Origin: Harriotta raleighana
Taxonomy: Eukaryota
Direction of reading: 5' to 3'
Length of the DNA stretch: 64,000 nt
Assembly (NCBI GenBank): GCA_050575255.1
Contig: JBNZDD010013697.1
Location: forward strand, 4,662,263 to 4,726,262
The number at the start of each line of letters is the position of its first letter. Positions within the stretch are counted from its first letter, which is position 1. Under the pieces are notes generated by a model. It saw only the letters and a program-made list of their open reading frames with translations. It was not told where the DNA came from and made no database searches. This document shows positions 12,666-24,889 of the stretch, one piece after another. The position numbers and the translations under genes were made by a program.

Positions 12666-13264
12666 GCAAGATATTTTCTCAAATGATTAACATTCTTAAA
12701 CTCCTTCACCACCCTCCAACCCCCACTGCTATTTTCCCCAAAATGTGGCATAATTGTTCTCCTAAATATCCATTACTCGTGTGCAACATTATAAATAGCT
12801 AATAACTCACAATTGCGATTGGAATACGTTTATCATGCAGTGGCCACAAGCAGCTGAAACGAATAACAACATGGATTAGTGCAACTGAAATGTAGTAAAT
12901 CCTTTTAATGTTGGCACGCGTAGGCCAGACTCTGGCTCGGTGGAAAGGTAATTTACAAAACCTCTCCTTGAACATATTCCTCTCTACAACATTCCAACTA
13001 GTGCTTTCAAATATGAAAATACTTTCTGATGTTTGGAAAATATTTATTTGAGGTAAAAATAATAATCAAATACAGTTTCTAAGAAGTATTTGAAAAGAGA
13101 AGGGGATAACATTAACCAGACTTGGTTCACAGCATCCTTTATAGTGAAGAAATGTGGTCTCTGATATTTATTCCCTATGTGTGTTTCCAAATAAATACTT
13201 TCATACATAGCACTATTCAAAAAGAGAAGGAAAATTTTCCTGGTCTACATTCCCCCAGATAAAA

Positions 13265-13540
13265 TTGATCACTCACTCCATGGTTGTTTGTTTTACATTG
13301 CTGTGCACAGATTGGCTACTGCATTCACCCACAAAATAATAACAATCCCTCACAAAAATAACAATAAAAATTTGGTCACTCAATCCACAACTGTTTGCGC
13401 GACACTGCTGTGCACAACTGACTGCTGCGTTTCGCCCACAAATATAGTCAAATTCAGTTTACCATATATCCTGTGAAATGCTTTGAGACGTCTAGAAGTC
13501 GTGAAAAGCCTATATCAGACAAAAGGTTTATCATTATGAA
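13265..13540 (+). mobile_element. SINE 3' body and tail (partly duplicated body)
   Basis: ctgtttgcgcgacactgctgtgcaca...gtgaaatgctttgagacgtctagaag. Confidence 0.75.
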
Positions 13541-13809
13541 ATATACACAGCCACACAAATTTACAGAATACTGTATTATGTAAGGTCTCTTGCCAAACTG
13601 TACCTCATACTTTCCTGGATTGGGTAAATAGGATGCATTCCTCCAGGGAGAGATTGCACAACAATCTGATAAAGTGCTATATCTAATACAAAGGTTACTA
13701 TTATTAGTATTACAGTACTCTATTTTTGAAGCATTTCAAACAGTCCAGAATTGAAAGAATTGATAGAAAAATTGCTTCATAATTTAATGCTTGTATTTGA
13801 TATAGTGAT

Positions 13810-14212
13810 CAAGATGTCTCAAAGTGCTTCAAAGGATATCATGTAAAGTGGATTAATTGTGTATTTGGGGGCGACATTGAAAAATGTCACCAGAGGTAAG
13901 AGCCATCTTGCACGCAAACATGGAATGAGTGAATTTTTTTTATTCGAGAGATTGTTGGCCAGGACACTGGAAGAAACTCCCTTCTCTTTTCGAATAGTGC
14001 AATGAGATCTTTAATGTTCATATGAAGAGCAGGCAGGACCTTGGTTTAACATTTCATTTGAAGGACGACACCTCCAACAATGCAAGACATTCATTCCCAG
14101 CATCGCATTGGCATATTATCTTAGACAATGTGAGTTCATGTCAGAAACTATGTACTTGAATCCACAATCTACTGACTCAGAGATAAGAGCATTATCGCTG
14201 AGCCAAGCTAAC
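13810..14212 (-). mobile_element. Deu-domain SINE (SacSINE1/AmnSINE1-like), near full length
   Basis: Deu-like core ggtttaacatttcatttgaaggacgacacctcc..aatgca, tRNA-like head (rc of ctgagccaagct...ttgaatcc) and L2-like tail. Confidence 0.75.
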
Positions 14213-15519
14213 ACACAACTGTACTGTAGAATAGTTCCCACTAATGGGCTGAAATTTTGAATGGTGTTATGCAGAGTATTTTGGGCAAAGTAAGATTACA
14301 ATGAAGGAAGTCCCTTTAGCAGTCAGCATTATCAGAAACTTAAGTAACATCAGACAAAATTTAATATGAGGTGTTAAACTAAGGTCCTGTTTTAGTTGGA
14401 CATTGCCCATGGCACGATTTGAAAAGAAAACAGAGTTTCTGACTGACCAACAATCCCTCAAATAAAACTAGTCATTCACTTCACAGCTGTTTGTGGGATA
14501 TTACAGTGCACACATTGACTGCTACACTCACCTACAGATGCAGTTAAATCAGTTTAATATATATGAGGTGCTTTGAGATGTTCTCTTGATGGGGAAGGTG
14601 CTAGATTAAATGTTAGGATTATTATTAGAATTTCAACCTATATAGTATATGCCTATTTTATAGTTTCTTTCAATCAGCGAAACTTATTGCAATTATGCCC
14701 CCATATGTCACCAAGAATTCTGTTTAATACAATCGCTACAGCACAGCTCTTTTTTATAGACATCTTGAGTGATTCCACTGATATATTGCTCATTGCACTT
14801 TGGCATGGACAAGGGAAGGCTGTATACTTCTAGGGCAGGGGACATTCTGGATGTGTGCCCCCAATGCAATTATAAATTTTCCATCACTGAAACAATGTAA
14901 TTAATGTCCCTTTTTGTTGGCAAAGATGCAGTGTTATGCCTCCAATTTGTCATTTTTGAAAGAAAACGAACATTGTCCAAAAATGAGGATTCATGTCCCC
15001 AGTGGAACAAAATTGAAATTGTCACAAGTTTGTTTTCTCTGATGTAGAAAACAAATACTGTTTGACATGTTTAATGTTCTTCCTGTTGTGCAACTAAATA
15101 TGACAGTCTGCCTAAAAACACGGTAGAAATTATGTTTATTAAACATTTATATATTGAAAAGGTCACACTGATAAATGTGATGTAAGGATATTTTACAGAT
15201 TAGCTGTTGACCAGCAACAGTAATACAGTGGAGCTAATTACATAGTAAAACAATATCAAAAACTTTAGTTGCGTAACCACTGTGTAGCCACCAGCAAAAG
15301 CCTTGTGTTTACCCCAAGGAATTCCTGGAACATAGTCACACTTCATATCAATTCTGATTGTATAAAGCACTAATTCAGCACTGTGAACTATTACCAGAGA
15401 TTCAATGGCTTTACAGAAATGGCAATTCTATATTACTAGCAGGGACACACTGCAGGATTTTGCATTGTTGATGATGGATCAAATAGAGGCTCATTGGTAG
15501 AATCCGAAAAGTGGGCCAG

Positions 15520-15900
15520 TCAATCCATTGATGAATTCACTCCCTTTTATATCCATCCAGTTGTATCCACTCTGGATTAAGACAGTCCTTATTAAAATCA
15601 CAAATGACATTCTCTGTGAGTAGGAATCCCTCTGCCTCTGTATCCTCCTGGCCTGCTCTGTCACCTTCCAAACAGTCCAGCTCCTAGTCAACCACCACTC
15701 TTCCCTCATCATTGCTCTCCTGGTTCATCCTATTTGACCCACCACCACAATTTTGTCTCCACAAATAATTTTTCCACTCGCCTCAGCACAATATCCCAAG
15801 GCTGTTACCCCAGCTCCCTCTTTATTTACATGTTCCATTTGTCTAAGTTATATCATCTGGGATCAACTTTCACTTGTATGCAAATGACACCCAAATTTGA
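15520..15900 (+). mobile_element. Highly decayed L2 RT fragment
   Basis: gacagtccttattaaaatcacaaatgacattctc and ttcacttgtatgcaaatgacacccaa (decayed YADDTQ). Confidence 0.65.
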
Positions 15901-17153
15901 AGTGTAGTGACTGCAAATGTTGTAGGCAAAAACAGGAATAATGTCCCACAAACAGTCAGGAAGTGAGTGACCAATTTTCAAATATGAAAAAGGTAGAGTA
16001 CAAACTAAACAGATTCCTAAGCAGGATAAAGGCATTGCTCAAAAACCTAGCCTTCCTTAGAGGATTAGAGAACTTGAAATTAAAATAAATGTTTAAAAAA
16101 ATGCCATTTGGCAAACTAGGGATAATAATACCCTTCCCAAAATTAAGCAAGGTATAAAAAATATCATTTAGATGGGAAGTAAAAAAGGTTTTATATAGAC
16201 CAATGGGAGATATGATCAAAACAGCGATTAAGCACATGTAGAGATGCAAATTGTAATTTTCATTACATTGTAATGTGTTGTGAAATCTGTTAAGAAATAT
16301 TCAAATTTTCAGTCGGTAAGAAGCCAACAGTGCTTTGTTAGAGGTCTGCAATATAAACCTATACATTTGGTGTTTCATTTGTTCAATAAGTACAATTAGG
16401 TAACTCACTATTCAGTCACTGTGATTGTGTCAAGGTCAGAAATCACAATGAAAAACATCTCACTTCCTACTTTAAAGGTTACAAATGAAAAGCATTACTG
16501 TATATCAAATACAAGGATTATTATTATTACACAATACTTCTAGCATTCTTACCAGGCCACCAACATGTTTCTCTGTACATTGCTCATCTTTCAGCATAAC
16601 AGCCCACTGAATTTTAATAGTATTCCCTGAAATATAGGTAATATGGTCTATTGGAAATAATACTATAAATTTTGGGGGGAAATATCAGGCAGCATAATTC
16701 AAGCATGATTAAATCAAAAGGGAATCACTTAGAATTTTATAAATATTGTAGAGAGGATAACAGCTTGGTTTCCGCTTTCACATACCAGGTATCCCATGCT
16801 GTGATAACCTCATCACTGTTTGTGACACATTGATGTGTTGAAATTGGCCATGAATGCAGTCACTTCACCATGTAGTAAATCTTGTGAGGCACTTTGAGAA
16901 GTTGTGACAATGTAGTATATCAATGCAAGGAATAGAAACAAGGAAGTGGCAAAGACTTTCAGTTACAAGGGCTTTCATCTTTTTGTAGCCACTGCTGTAT
17001 TAGAATAACTACTCAGTCAAGAAAAGACTGCAATGATTTTGAATTATTTTCATGTAAAAGAATATTTGAATGAAACAGAACTTCTGACATCTATAATACT
17101 GATACTCTTTCTACCAAGCACAATTTTCATTCTGAATTAGCCTCTCAATTTAC

Positions 17154-17300
17154 CTTTCAGTGCAGAACCCTGATGTTTGCTCTTAGCTGCAGAGTGTAAT
17201 GTTGTGAAAGACTTCCCAAATCCATTAGAAACAGGTTTAGCATTTGGAACACGTTGTAAAGGAAAGCATTTTTCTAAAATGGATCCTGCATAAAACTCAC
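17154..17300 (-). other. Candidate 147-nt exon (phase 1-1, open frame GEFYAGSILEKCFPLQRVPNAKPVSNGFGKSFTTLHSAAKSKHQGSALK) whose 5' end is itself a donor consensus
   Basis: Acceptor ttgtgtttttgccctgcag| with ~60 nt free of AG upstream, donor AAG|gtaaat, length divisible by 3. Product not recognised. Confidence 0.35.
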
Positions 17301-17982
17301 CTGCAGGGCAAAAACACAATTACATAACAGAAGTATAAATGTTGGTTCAATACCAGATAATTTTCCCTTTCTTTCCTCTCTCCATTTCCTTCTCAAGAAA
17401 TCTGTAAATCCACGTGCAATACAAGAACACCTCTGTACGGAGTAGATAACAACCTGTACAAGCCAAGCTTGCTGTGAATCTGTGCTGATAGGCCAGCAAT
17501 GCAAGGCTTTTTTTAAAATGCTAATAGCAAGGAACATTTTCCCAGCCAAAAAGCTCCGGTAGATCTGTCTAGGTCCATTATGACTGATATTTGCTTGTAA
17601 GTACATACAGCACTTGTACATTGCTCCTTATCTACTGTGGTGCAGGAGGCTGACCTACATTCCATATAACAGAATATGATGCACAAACATGTTGAATACA
17701 ATTTTTCATTTCAAGTTGAAAACAGTGTTGCAAAATAGGATTGCCTTAAATCCAATAAAAAGCAGTTACTTTTACATGAAAGTGCATTTTTTCCAATGAA
17801 ATGATTTGTCTTGTGGCAGAATAAAGCTTCCACACAGACATATGTTTGACACTGATGGATTAGATTTATGTATTACAGAATTACAGATAGTGCTAACATA
17901 TTGTGCCTTTATTTTGTGCGAGCTATGGCCTAAACCACTTACTGTGATATTAATGTGTTGTAATAAGTCTGACTTTCTCAAA

Positions 17983-18237
17983 TGAAAGCGCTTCACAGAA
18001 TATACTGTAAAGTGAATTGACTGTATATTTGTGGGCAAAACGCAGCAGCCGATCGCGCACAGCAGTGTCCCACAAATAGTCGTGGATTGAAGTGACAAAT
18101 TTCTAATTGTTTTTCTTGAGGGATTATTATCAGGCGTGTGGAGTAAGGAAATGTGCCAATGTTTTGCACTGCCAGGAATCTAATCCAAGTTTCTTACTTG
18201 TGTGGTGAGTACTCTAACCACTGAGCTACAGGACTCC
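17983..18237 (-). mobile_element. tRNA-SINE (short variant)
   Basis: Reverse complement starts ggagtcctgtagctcagtggttagagtact and has the common body and tail. Confidence 0.9.
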
Positions 18238-18469
18238 ACATGATCTCATTTGATTATCACATTCGATTATCAAATCTCTCATAAAACAATGCACATTTAC
18301 CCCCAAATAAGTAAGCTGCTGAAGTGAACAAATAGTGCATTTGTTAATGTGCTCAAACATTTAAGACTCTTTTCTATGCTCTAGAATTCCTGATTTCCTC
18401 AAATTTTCCTCAAAAAATATACTAATCCAGGAATTCAGCTTTGCTCAACCAGGGGAAACAATTTCACAA

Positions 18470-18997
18470 CATTTAACCCGTCAAAGCCCTTATAAATCAC
18501 CTCTATTCTTCTATATTCTAGAGAATATAGGCTTAGTTTACTCCGCCTCTCCTCGTGGGTCAATGCCCTCATCCCAGGAACCAACCTAGTGAATCTACAT
18601 TGCACCCCCTCTATGGCGAGTATATGCTCTCTTAGATAAGGAGACCAAAACTACACACACTATTCTAGGTGCAGTCTCACCTAAAGCCTTATACAATTGC
18701 AGCAAGACTTCCTTACTCTTATACTCTTAACACCTTTGCAACGAACGCTAACATGCTGTTAGCCTTTCTAATTGCTTGATGTACCTGATACTGTACTAAC
18801 TTTCTGTGATTGGTATACAAGGACACCTAAATCCCTCTGAAAACTAACACTACCTCATCTCTCACCCTCTAGAAAATAATCTGCTTTTCTATTTTTTCTA
18901 CCTAGGTGAATACTTCACACTTCCCCACATTATACTTCATCAACTACCTTCTTGCCCATTCACTTAACCTGTCTAAATCCCTTTGCATTCTCCTTGT
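18470..18997 (-). mobile_element. CR1 LINE ORF2 fragment
   Basis: CR1-typical rc sequence ggtgagactgcacctagaatagtgtgtgtagttttggtctccttatctaaga and agattcactaggttggttcctgggatgagg. Confidence 0.85.
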
Positions 18998-19684
18998 GTT
19001 AATGTGTAATTCTTAATTATTACATTAATTGTTGCATTTAGTGAACTAGCTCTATAGACCCCAGAAAATTTTCAACTCAAGAAAATGTTTTCAAAGGGAG
19101 AATCGTCTCCAAACTCAACAATTCATACAAACGTAAAAGCCAATAAAATATACAGACAATTAAGATAATTTTGTTTAATTTGTGGACTCCTCCATCTGGG
19201 TCTTTCACAGTGGAATATCGAATAGTTCTTGCAAAGCAAACAAGCAATGAACACATAGGAACATACAGTTTCCTCTTGATATCCATTGTTTTGCAAACCA
19301 ATTGTAGCAAGTGAGTGATTATGGTAATTTTACACACAGCCTCTTGTAAAACCATAATAAGACACAAACTGGTCACCAATTGTTCATTGTTCAGAAACCT
19401 CAAAGCCGTGGGTCATAAAGGCTCTTTGAACAGCTTTGGAGTAACTATCATTATGAAAGCGACACTTGACAGATGAGCACTAATGTTAGGCTGAAGCACA
19501 ATATCCCCTGAATTGAGCATAATCAAATCCAGATTTGTACTGAGGCACACAACATGATATTTTACCTTAAAAACAGTATACTCGTTTTGTTTGAATATTC
19601 AGACGAGTATTATTTTAGATGACTATTTTAATTTAATATTCAAAAAGCTTAACTGGAGACTTTTTTTAACCTCCTACATGTATA

Positions 19685-20621
19685 CAGTTAACCCTCATCA
19701 AAGGCGACTCTATCGATTGCGAATTCAAGTACACGCGACAAAACAAAAGCATTGCTTTTTTGTGCAGCGCGTGTAAAACTTGTGTTTATGCGCTGGCTGG
19801 CCCCCGCGCGCATGCGCACAGGTGAAGACGCCGATAGCTCCTGACTAAATCCGATGATTCCTCAGCTGGCTGGTCCCACGCGCATGCGTATTTTTGACGA
19901 TGCCGGCAGATCCCAACTATAGCCGCGCGCAATGCATTCTGGGTAAATAGAATAACGCTTCGGCCTCGAAGAATTTTATTGTATTGCATTGTAAGCGAGA
20001 AACAGACAGAGAGAGACAGGAATCATACAACAGTGTAGGTTAATGTACCCTGTTGTTTTATTGCTTTTTTAAAATTGCTTTACTGCTTTGTTATCACTCT
20101 ATTATAGCAATAAAGCGACAACAAAGCCGCTGTAACCTTTCTGTGTCTCCCATCCCCAGCACTCTCCGAGCGGCTCACACCTCAGTGAGTCCCTCCCCCC
20201 CCGCCTCTGATCGGCTCACTGGCCCGCACCTCAGCAAGTGCTGCCTCCCGACTCCGAGTGGCTCTCTGTTCCCTCCCCCCCACTCGCCCACCACTCTCCC
20301 CAATTTCTCTCTGCCTCCCCCCCGGGCTGACCTGATTTGCCCACTTCCCGGGTGGTAGGAGAGACAAAAGCTGGAAGAGTGGGTGGGGAGGAGAGCAACA
20401 AGAGCAGGGAGAGGCGGGCGGAGCGAGGAGCGGGCCAGTCAGCTGTAGCCTGCCTCAGTAGGTATCTTGTATCGTATGTGCTGGAGGCTTGAGGTGGGTA
20501 GCCTGCAACCGGATTCGCCTAACCCCCCGTTTCCCATTACTTCTTAAGCTTCTCCAACAAGATTTTGTTGACTGTGTAGTTTTCCAGGAACGTAACCCCT
20601 GCGATCGATGAGGGTTAACTG
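19685..20621. mobile_element. Complete non-autonomous Tigger/pogo-like DNA transposon (MITE), 937 bp, CpG-rich
   Basis: Perfect 15-bp TIRs CAGTTAACCCTCATC...GATGAGGGTTAACTG, flanked by TA on both sides. No transposase ORF. Confidence 0.9.
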
Positions 20622-21074
20622 TATGTTTAAATAGTCAGGTACATGTCTCTGTAAGCAAATTCTCAGCGGGAATTATCTGAGGCCCATGATTTCCGCTGCA
20701 GCCGAGGTGGCGGTGAGCCACTTTGAGATCCTTCTATGATTCGACATTGATATGATACATTCAAGGAAATAACAACAAATAAACCTCGAAATATGAGATT
20801 CATAGAGCACAAACTAAACATATTCTTGAATAGCATAAACAGGCTGGATCAAAAGCTATTAGTAGAGAAATTTAAATAAAATGATAAAAAAGTGGCACCT
20901 GATTAGTCCTGCTCTACTAATATAATGTAAATGAAAATCAAACACAGTGTAGAAATTACAGAGTGGAAGTTAAAGTGCACAAAAAGGTACACAGATAACA
21001 CGAAGAAAATAATGTTATAAACTCATAAAAGCAAAAGAATAGTTAAAGGTAAATAGTTAAAGAATGGGTACTGC

Positions 21075-21300
21075 TGCAACAACAAAAACTATATAATGCC
21101 TTTGTGTAGACTAACATCTCCAAGTGCAAGACTTTGTAGACACATTTAATAGGGAGGGTGGGGAAATGGGGAACGGAGAGGTGACTAAAGGCACATTTGA
21201 AAAGGTAGTTTTTCATATAGCTTTTGAAGACTAGATAGTGAAAGGAATGAGATGGATGAGTTGAGGGAAGAAGTTTCAGAAGGTGAAGAGATAGTGGCTG
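21075..21300 (-). mobile_element. Decayed L2 3' end
   Basis: caacaacaaaaactatataatgcc tail followed by purine-rich rc 3'UTR. Confidence 0.55.
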
Positions 21301-22029
21301 AATTATTTATCCATTTTTATTGCTCATCCAGGTATTTGACACATGCAGAAACTCAATGCCCGCTGAAGAGTATCCAAACCTGACTGGCAATTCCAATTAT
21401 GTTTGCAACCCACAAAATGGAAATGTCCATGACTGAGATGAAATGAAATGAAATGTGGATGGACATGCCCTGCTCACCTAATTTTGGAGACTATTAGGCA
21501 CAAGTTGGGAAGAGACAAGGTTTCGGAACCCAAGAGGCCATGTGTGTTACTGATGGAATGTAACCAGTTAAAACCACATCCAGAACACTGTCTGGCAAGG
21601 TTCCCATTGCTAGTTTTGCTGGAACATCTTAAACATTTGCGCTTTGGTTATCAGAGTTATCATGGGTTGAGTGGGAAAACTCTTTGCCCCCAGTGTTCTA
21701 CCCTTCCATGTTCTCACAAAGAGCCAGGTTGGCTGTTCTGTGCCTTGAAATCTGCCTGATCTCCATGTAATGCCTTCCAGCAGCTATCATTTCAAGCATG
21801 TATTTCCTTATCACTTATTCAATGTTCATCTGCCTTCAGCATATTGGGAGGACCTATAAATTAACAGCTTGTGATATGCCACAAGCTTGATATTCTAGAG
21901 GTCCAAGTCCCATGTCAGCTACCAGGCTTACTCAACATATGGCTTTGGTAAATAGACCTGCTTGTTGTGAAGCTGACTCCACTTCCAGTGGAGAAATTTA
22001 CCACAAATTCACCTACTCCATTGTAGATG

Positions 22030-22540
22030 AAAAAGCAAAATCTTGTCATTGAGAATAATGGAATGGCAAAGCTATGAAATGAGTAATTCACCTCGATTTT
22101 TACAAAAGAGTGTGATACAGTAGTTTAACAATAGGAATTCCAGATAAGGAGGCAGTACAAAATTTCAAGTCATAGCTAATGTTAAATAATAAACCATATT
22201 CTTTACAGTATTTGGCACAGCTTGTTTTCACATCAGTTGTTCAATCCAAATGCTTTACGGGATATGTTGTAAAATTATGTGTCTCACCTGACTATATAAA
22301 AGTGTTGCTCACAAAATACACAGCCAATCCAGTTTACAGTATATTCTGTAAGTGCTTTGAGATGTCTCAACAACATGATCAGATGCTATATCAAATGCCA
22401 AGGTTATTGTTATTAATATTATAAAAGGAAGTGGTATTGAAAAAGTTGAGAGAGTCCAAAGCGAGAAAGTCTCCAGATCCTGATGGCAGCGTACAAGAAT
22501 TGGAGTCAGAGAAGAAGTAGGTTTATTCATAAAGTTGTAC
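22030..22540 (+). mobile_element. Decayed CR1 fragment interrupted by a SINE tail (~22300-22420)
   Basis: aatggcaaagctatgaaatgagtaattcacctcgatttttacaaaaga and aaagtctccagatcctgatggc (KSP.PDG-like). Confidence 0.55.
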
Positions 22541-23349
22541 GCTGGCCAACAATCCTCAGAGTCATTCAGGTCAGGAATTACTTATGGAATCTTGCTAGTG
22601 CATATAGCTGCCGCATTTGCTACAAAAATCACTTGACATTGATTATCTACAAAGCACTTTGAGATGTTTCAAAATGATGAAGCACGATAAAAATACAACT
22701 CTTCTTGAAAACTTATCTCTTTGACTGTGCCTGTGGCCATGGCCACTTAACCACTTAAGATTCCCCTCTTCGTCAATCTTCTTTCTCCAGCTCTCACTGT
22801 GTCTTTGCAAAGCACTGGAATAACTTTCTCCTATTCCTGTGTTCCTAAACTAATACTGTTTGAAGATGCCTTATCAAAATGTAGTAAAGATGTATTTATT
22901 TAAGTGCAATATTGTAGCAATTCCTGAGCATTTGGATTGTCCTACTGGTGTAAAATTCACAACAACGTATTTATAGATACAGTATACTATAACACTTTTG
23001 GTAATCTTTCCCCTCTTTCCTCCTGGGCTCCCACTGTTTGCTCTAGTGGATTGTTGAGCGCCTTGGGACATCCTAAGAATGTAAATATAGATTTACGTGT
23101 ACAAACTCTTCTTTGCACACCCTCAAACATCCTTGATCCTCACCTCAAATGTCAAGTGCACCCCAACTCCCCCCAGCCTTCTATCTCATCCACTCTTGCC
23201 ACCACAGCTCCCATCACTGACCCCACCCTACACTCCTTTGCCCCCATTTCTCCCTCTTCTCTCTTAACCATCAACAAGTGACATCCTCTGCGTGACCAGG
23301 CATCCCTGTCACCTTTTCCTGCTGAACCTTAGGCATATTTTCTTGCTCC

Positions 23350-23555
23350 ACATGCTGCTAATCTCTCAAGAAAAAAAAAACAACAATAAAATGGTCACTT
23401 CAATCCTTGACTGTTTGTGGGGCACTGCTGTGCGCAATTTGGCTGTCACATTNTGCCCACAAAGATACAGGCAATTCACTTCACAGTATATTCTGTGAAG
23501 TGCTTTGAAATGACTAGAAGATGTGAAAAGCATTATATCACATTGAAGGATTATT
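23350..23555 (+). mobile_element. tRNA-SINE 3' part
   Basis: gactgtttgtggggcactgctgtgcgcaattt...gtgaaaagcattatatc. Confidence 0.85.
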
Positions 23556-23600
23556 GCTGGTAGTAGAAGTAGTATTAGTATTATTATTAGTACAGAATTA

Positions 23601-23947
23601 CAGTAAAACCTTGTTTATTCATGACTCGACGAACCGGAAAACCCATTCAACCGCTATCTCAAAAAAAAGTCCCGATTTGATGAACCGGAAGTTATCCAGC
23701 AGAATAGTGAAGACGCATTTAATGAATGGATTCCCGCACGCTAGTACTGCTGCAGTTATATCGGTGACCGCTTGTTGAGCTTAATGTCGCGCTACTGACG
23801 TTTTTTCAAAATTAGCGATACTACCCTTTGTTAAAGAAAATGCGGTTTTCCCAATTTTTTTCCTCCTTTGGCAACTGTTATAGAAGTTAAGTATAAATTT
23901 AAAGTACTAATACAATATTCTGTTAGTATAGTATCTGTTATTAGTGT
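23601..23947. mobile_element. Left part of a Tigger-like MITE (TIR CAGTAAAACCTTGTTTAT), cut at N 23948
   Basis: TA plus TIR. The matching right TIR ends at 26290. Same family as 51638-52011. Confidence 0.8.
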
Positions 23948-24889
23948 NCTCCTTAACTCCCTTCAAATAACCTTTGTCTTCCACTGTACAAGTGCTCACC
24001 TCCCCATTCTCCCAGGCTCAGTATCCAGCTCCACCCAGTTAAGCACTATGAGGCACTACCCTCATGGAGGTCACTATGTAAATGCAAGTTGCTGTTGTAT
24101 GTTTGTATTATACTGTTGTGTTATATAGCTCTTTGCACGCAGTAGCTTGTCGGAAAGCTAGCTGTGTTCACCTTACTCTTGACAGAGGCACAACGGAAGG
24201 TGCAAAACTTCTCTCATCACATGCGTTTGTTCAAGTACATATCCAGATGCATCATTGGTCCAATGGCGATATCTTATTGTTCAGCACATCATATTCAGTT
24301 AATCCTAGGTCTCATGACAATCTCCTGTCTCCGTAGCAACAAAGAAAATTGCTTATGGGAAAACAATTTCCATGATGGAATCAGTCTATCCTACCTCCAC
24401 CCTCACATCTCCATGGCACTGCCATCAAATGTACAAATTTGCCTACAAATAAACACTTTACAAAAACTCTGTTTAGCCCTTGGAGCTATTAATGACCTTA
24501 TAATGCACGGTATCAAATTCAAGGATTATAATCATTATTATCAGCTTAGAGCATCATTGAGTGAGACTTCGGTGCCTTTTGTATTCAGCAGACTGGAGCT
24601 ATGCTTGTAGGAAGCAAGATGCTATATTCACAAAAAGGGACATTCACTGCTCTTCACACAGTCTCTATCCTCTGTGTTTTGGAACGTCCTCCTGACATAA
24701 AAGGTGCTATACCAATGCAAATGATATATTTTATATATCCTGATCATTGCCTAACTATTTCTAGCACTATGGAATCAAAGTGGACATTTATTTCTTAGAA
24801 AGAATAAATGTAATTTAAAGTCTACAGAGTAGTTATGGGAACATATTTATGTCCCTCCACGTGCAGTTAAAAATCTTTACTGTGTAATA

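Noticed and set aside
21448-21830. 103-aa ORF and surrounding coding-looking sequence
   Set aside because: No recognisable domain, with stops in alternative frames; possibly a decayed TE.
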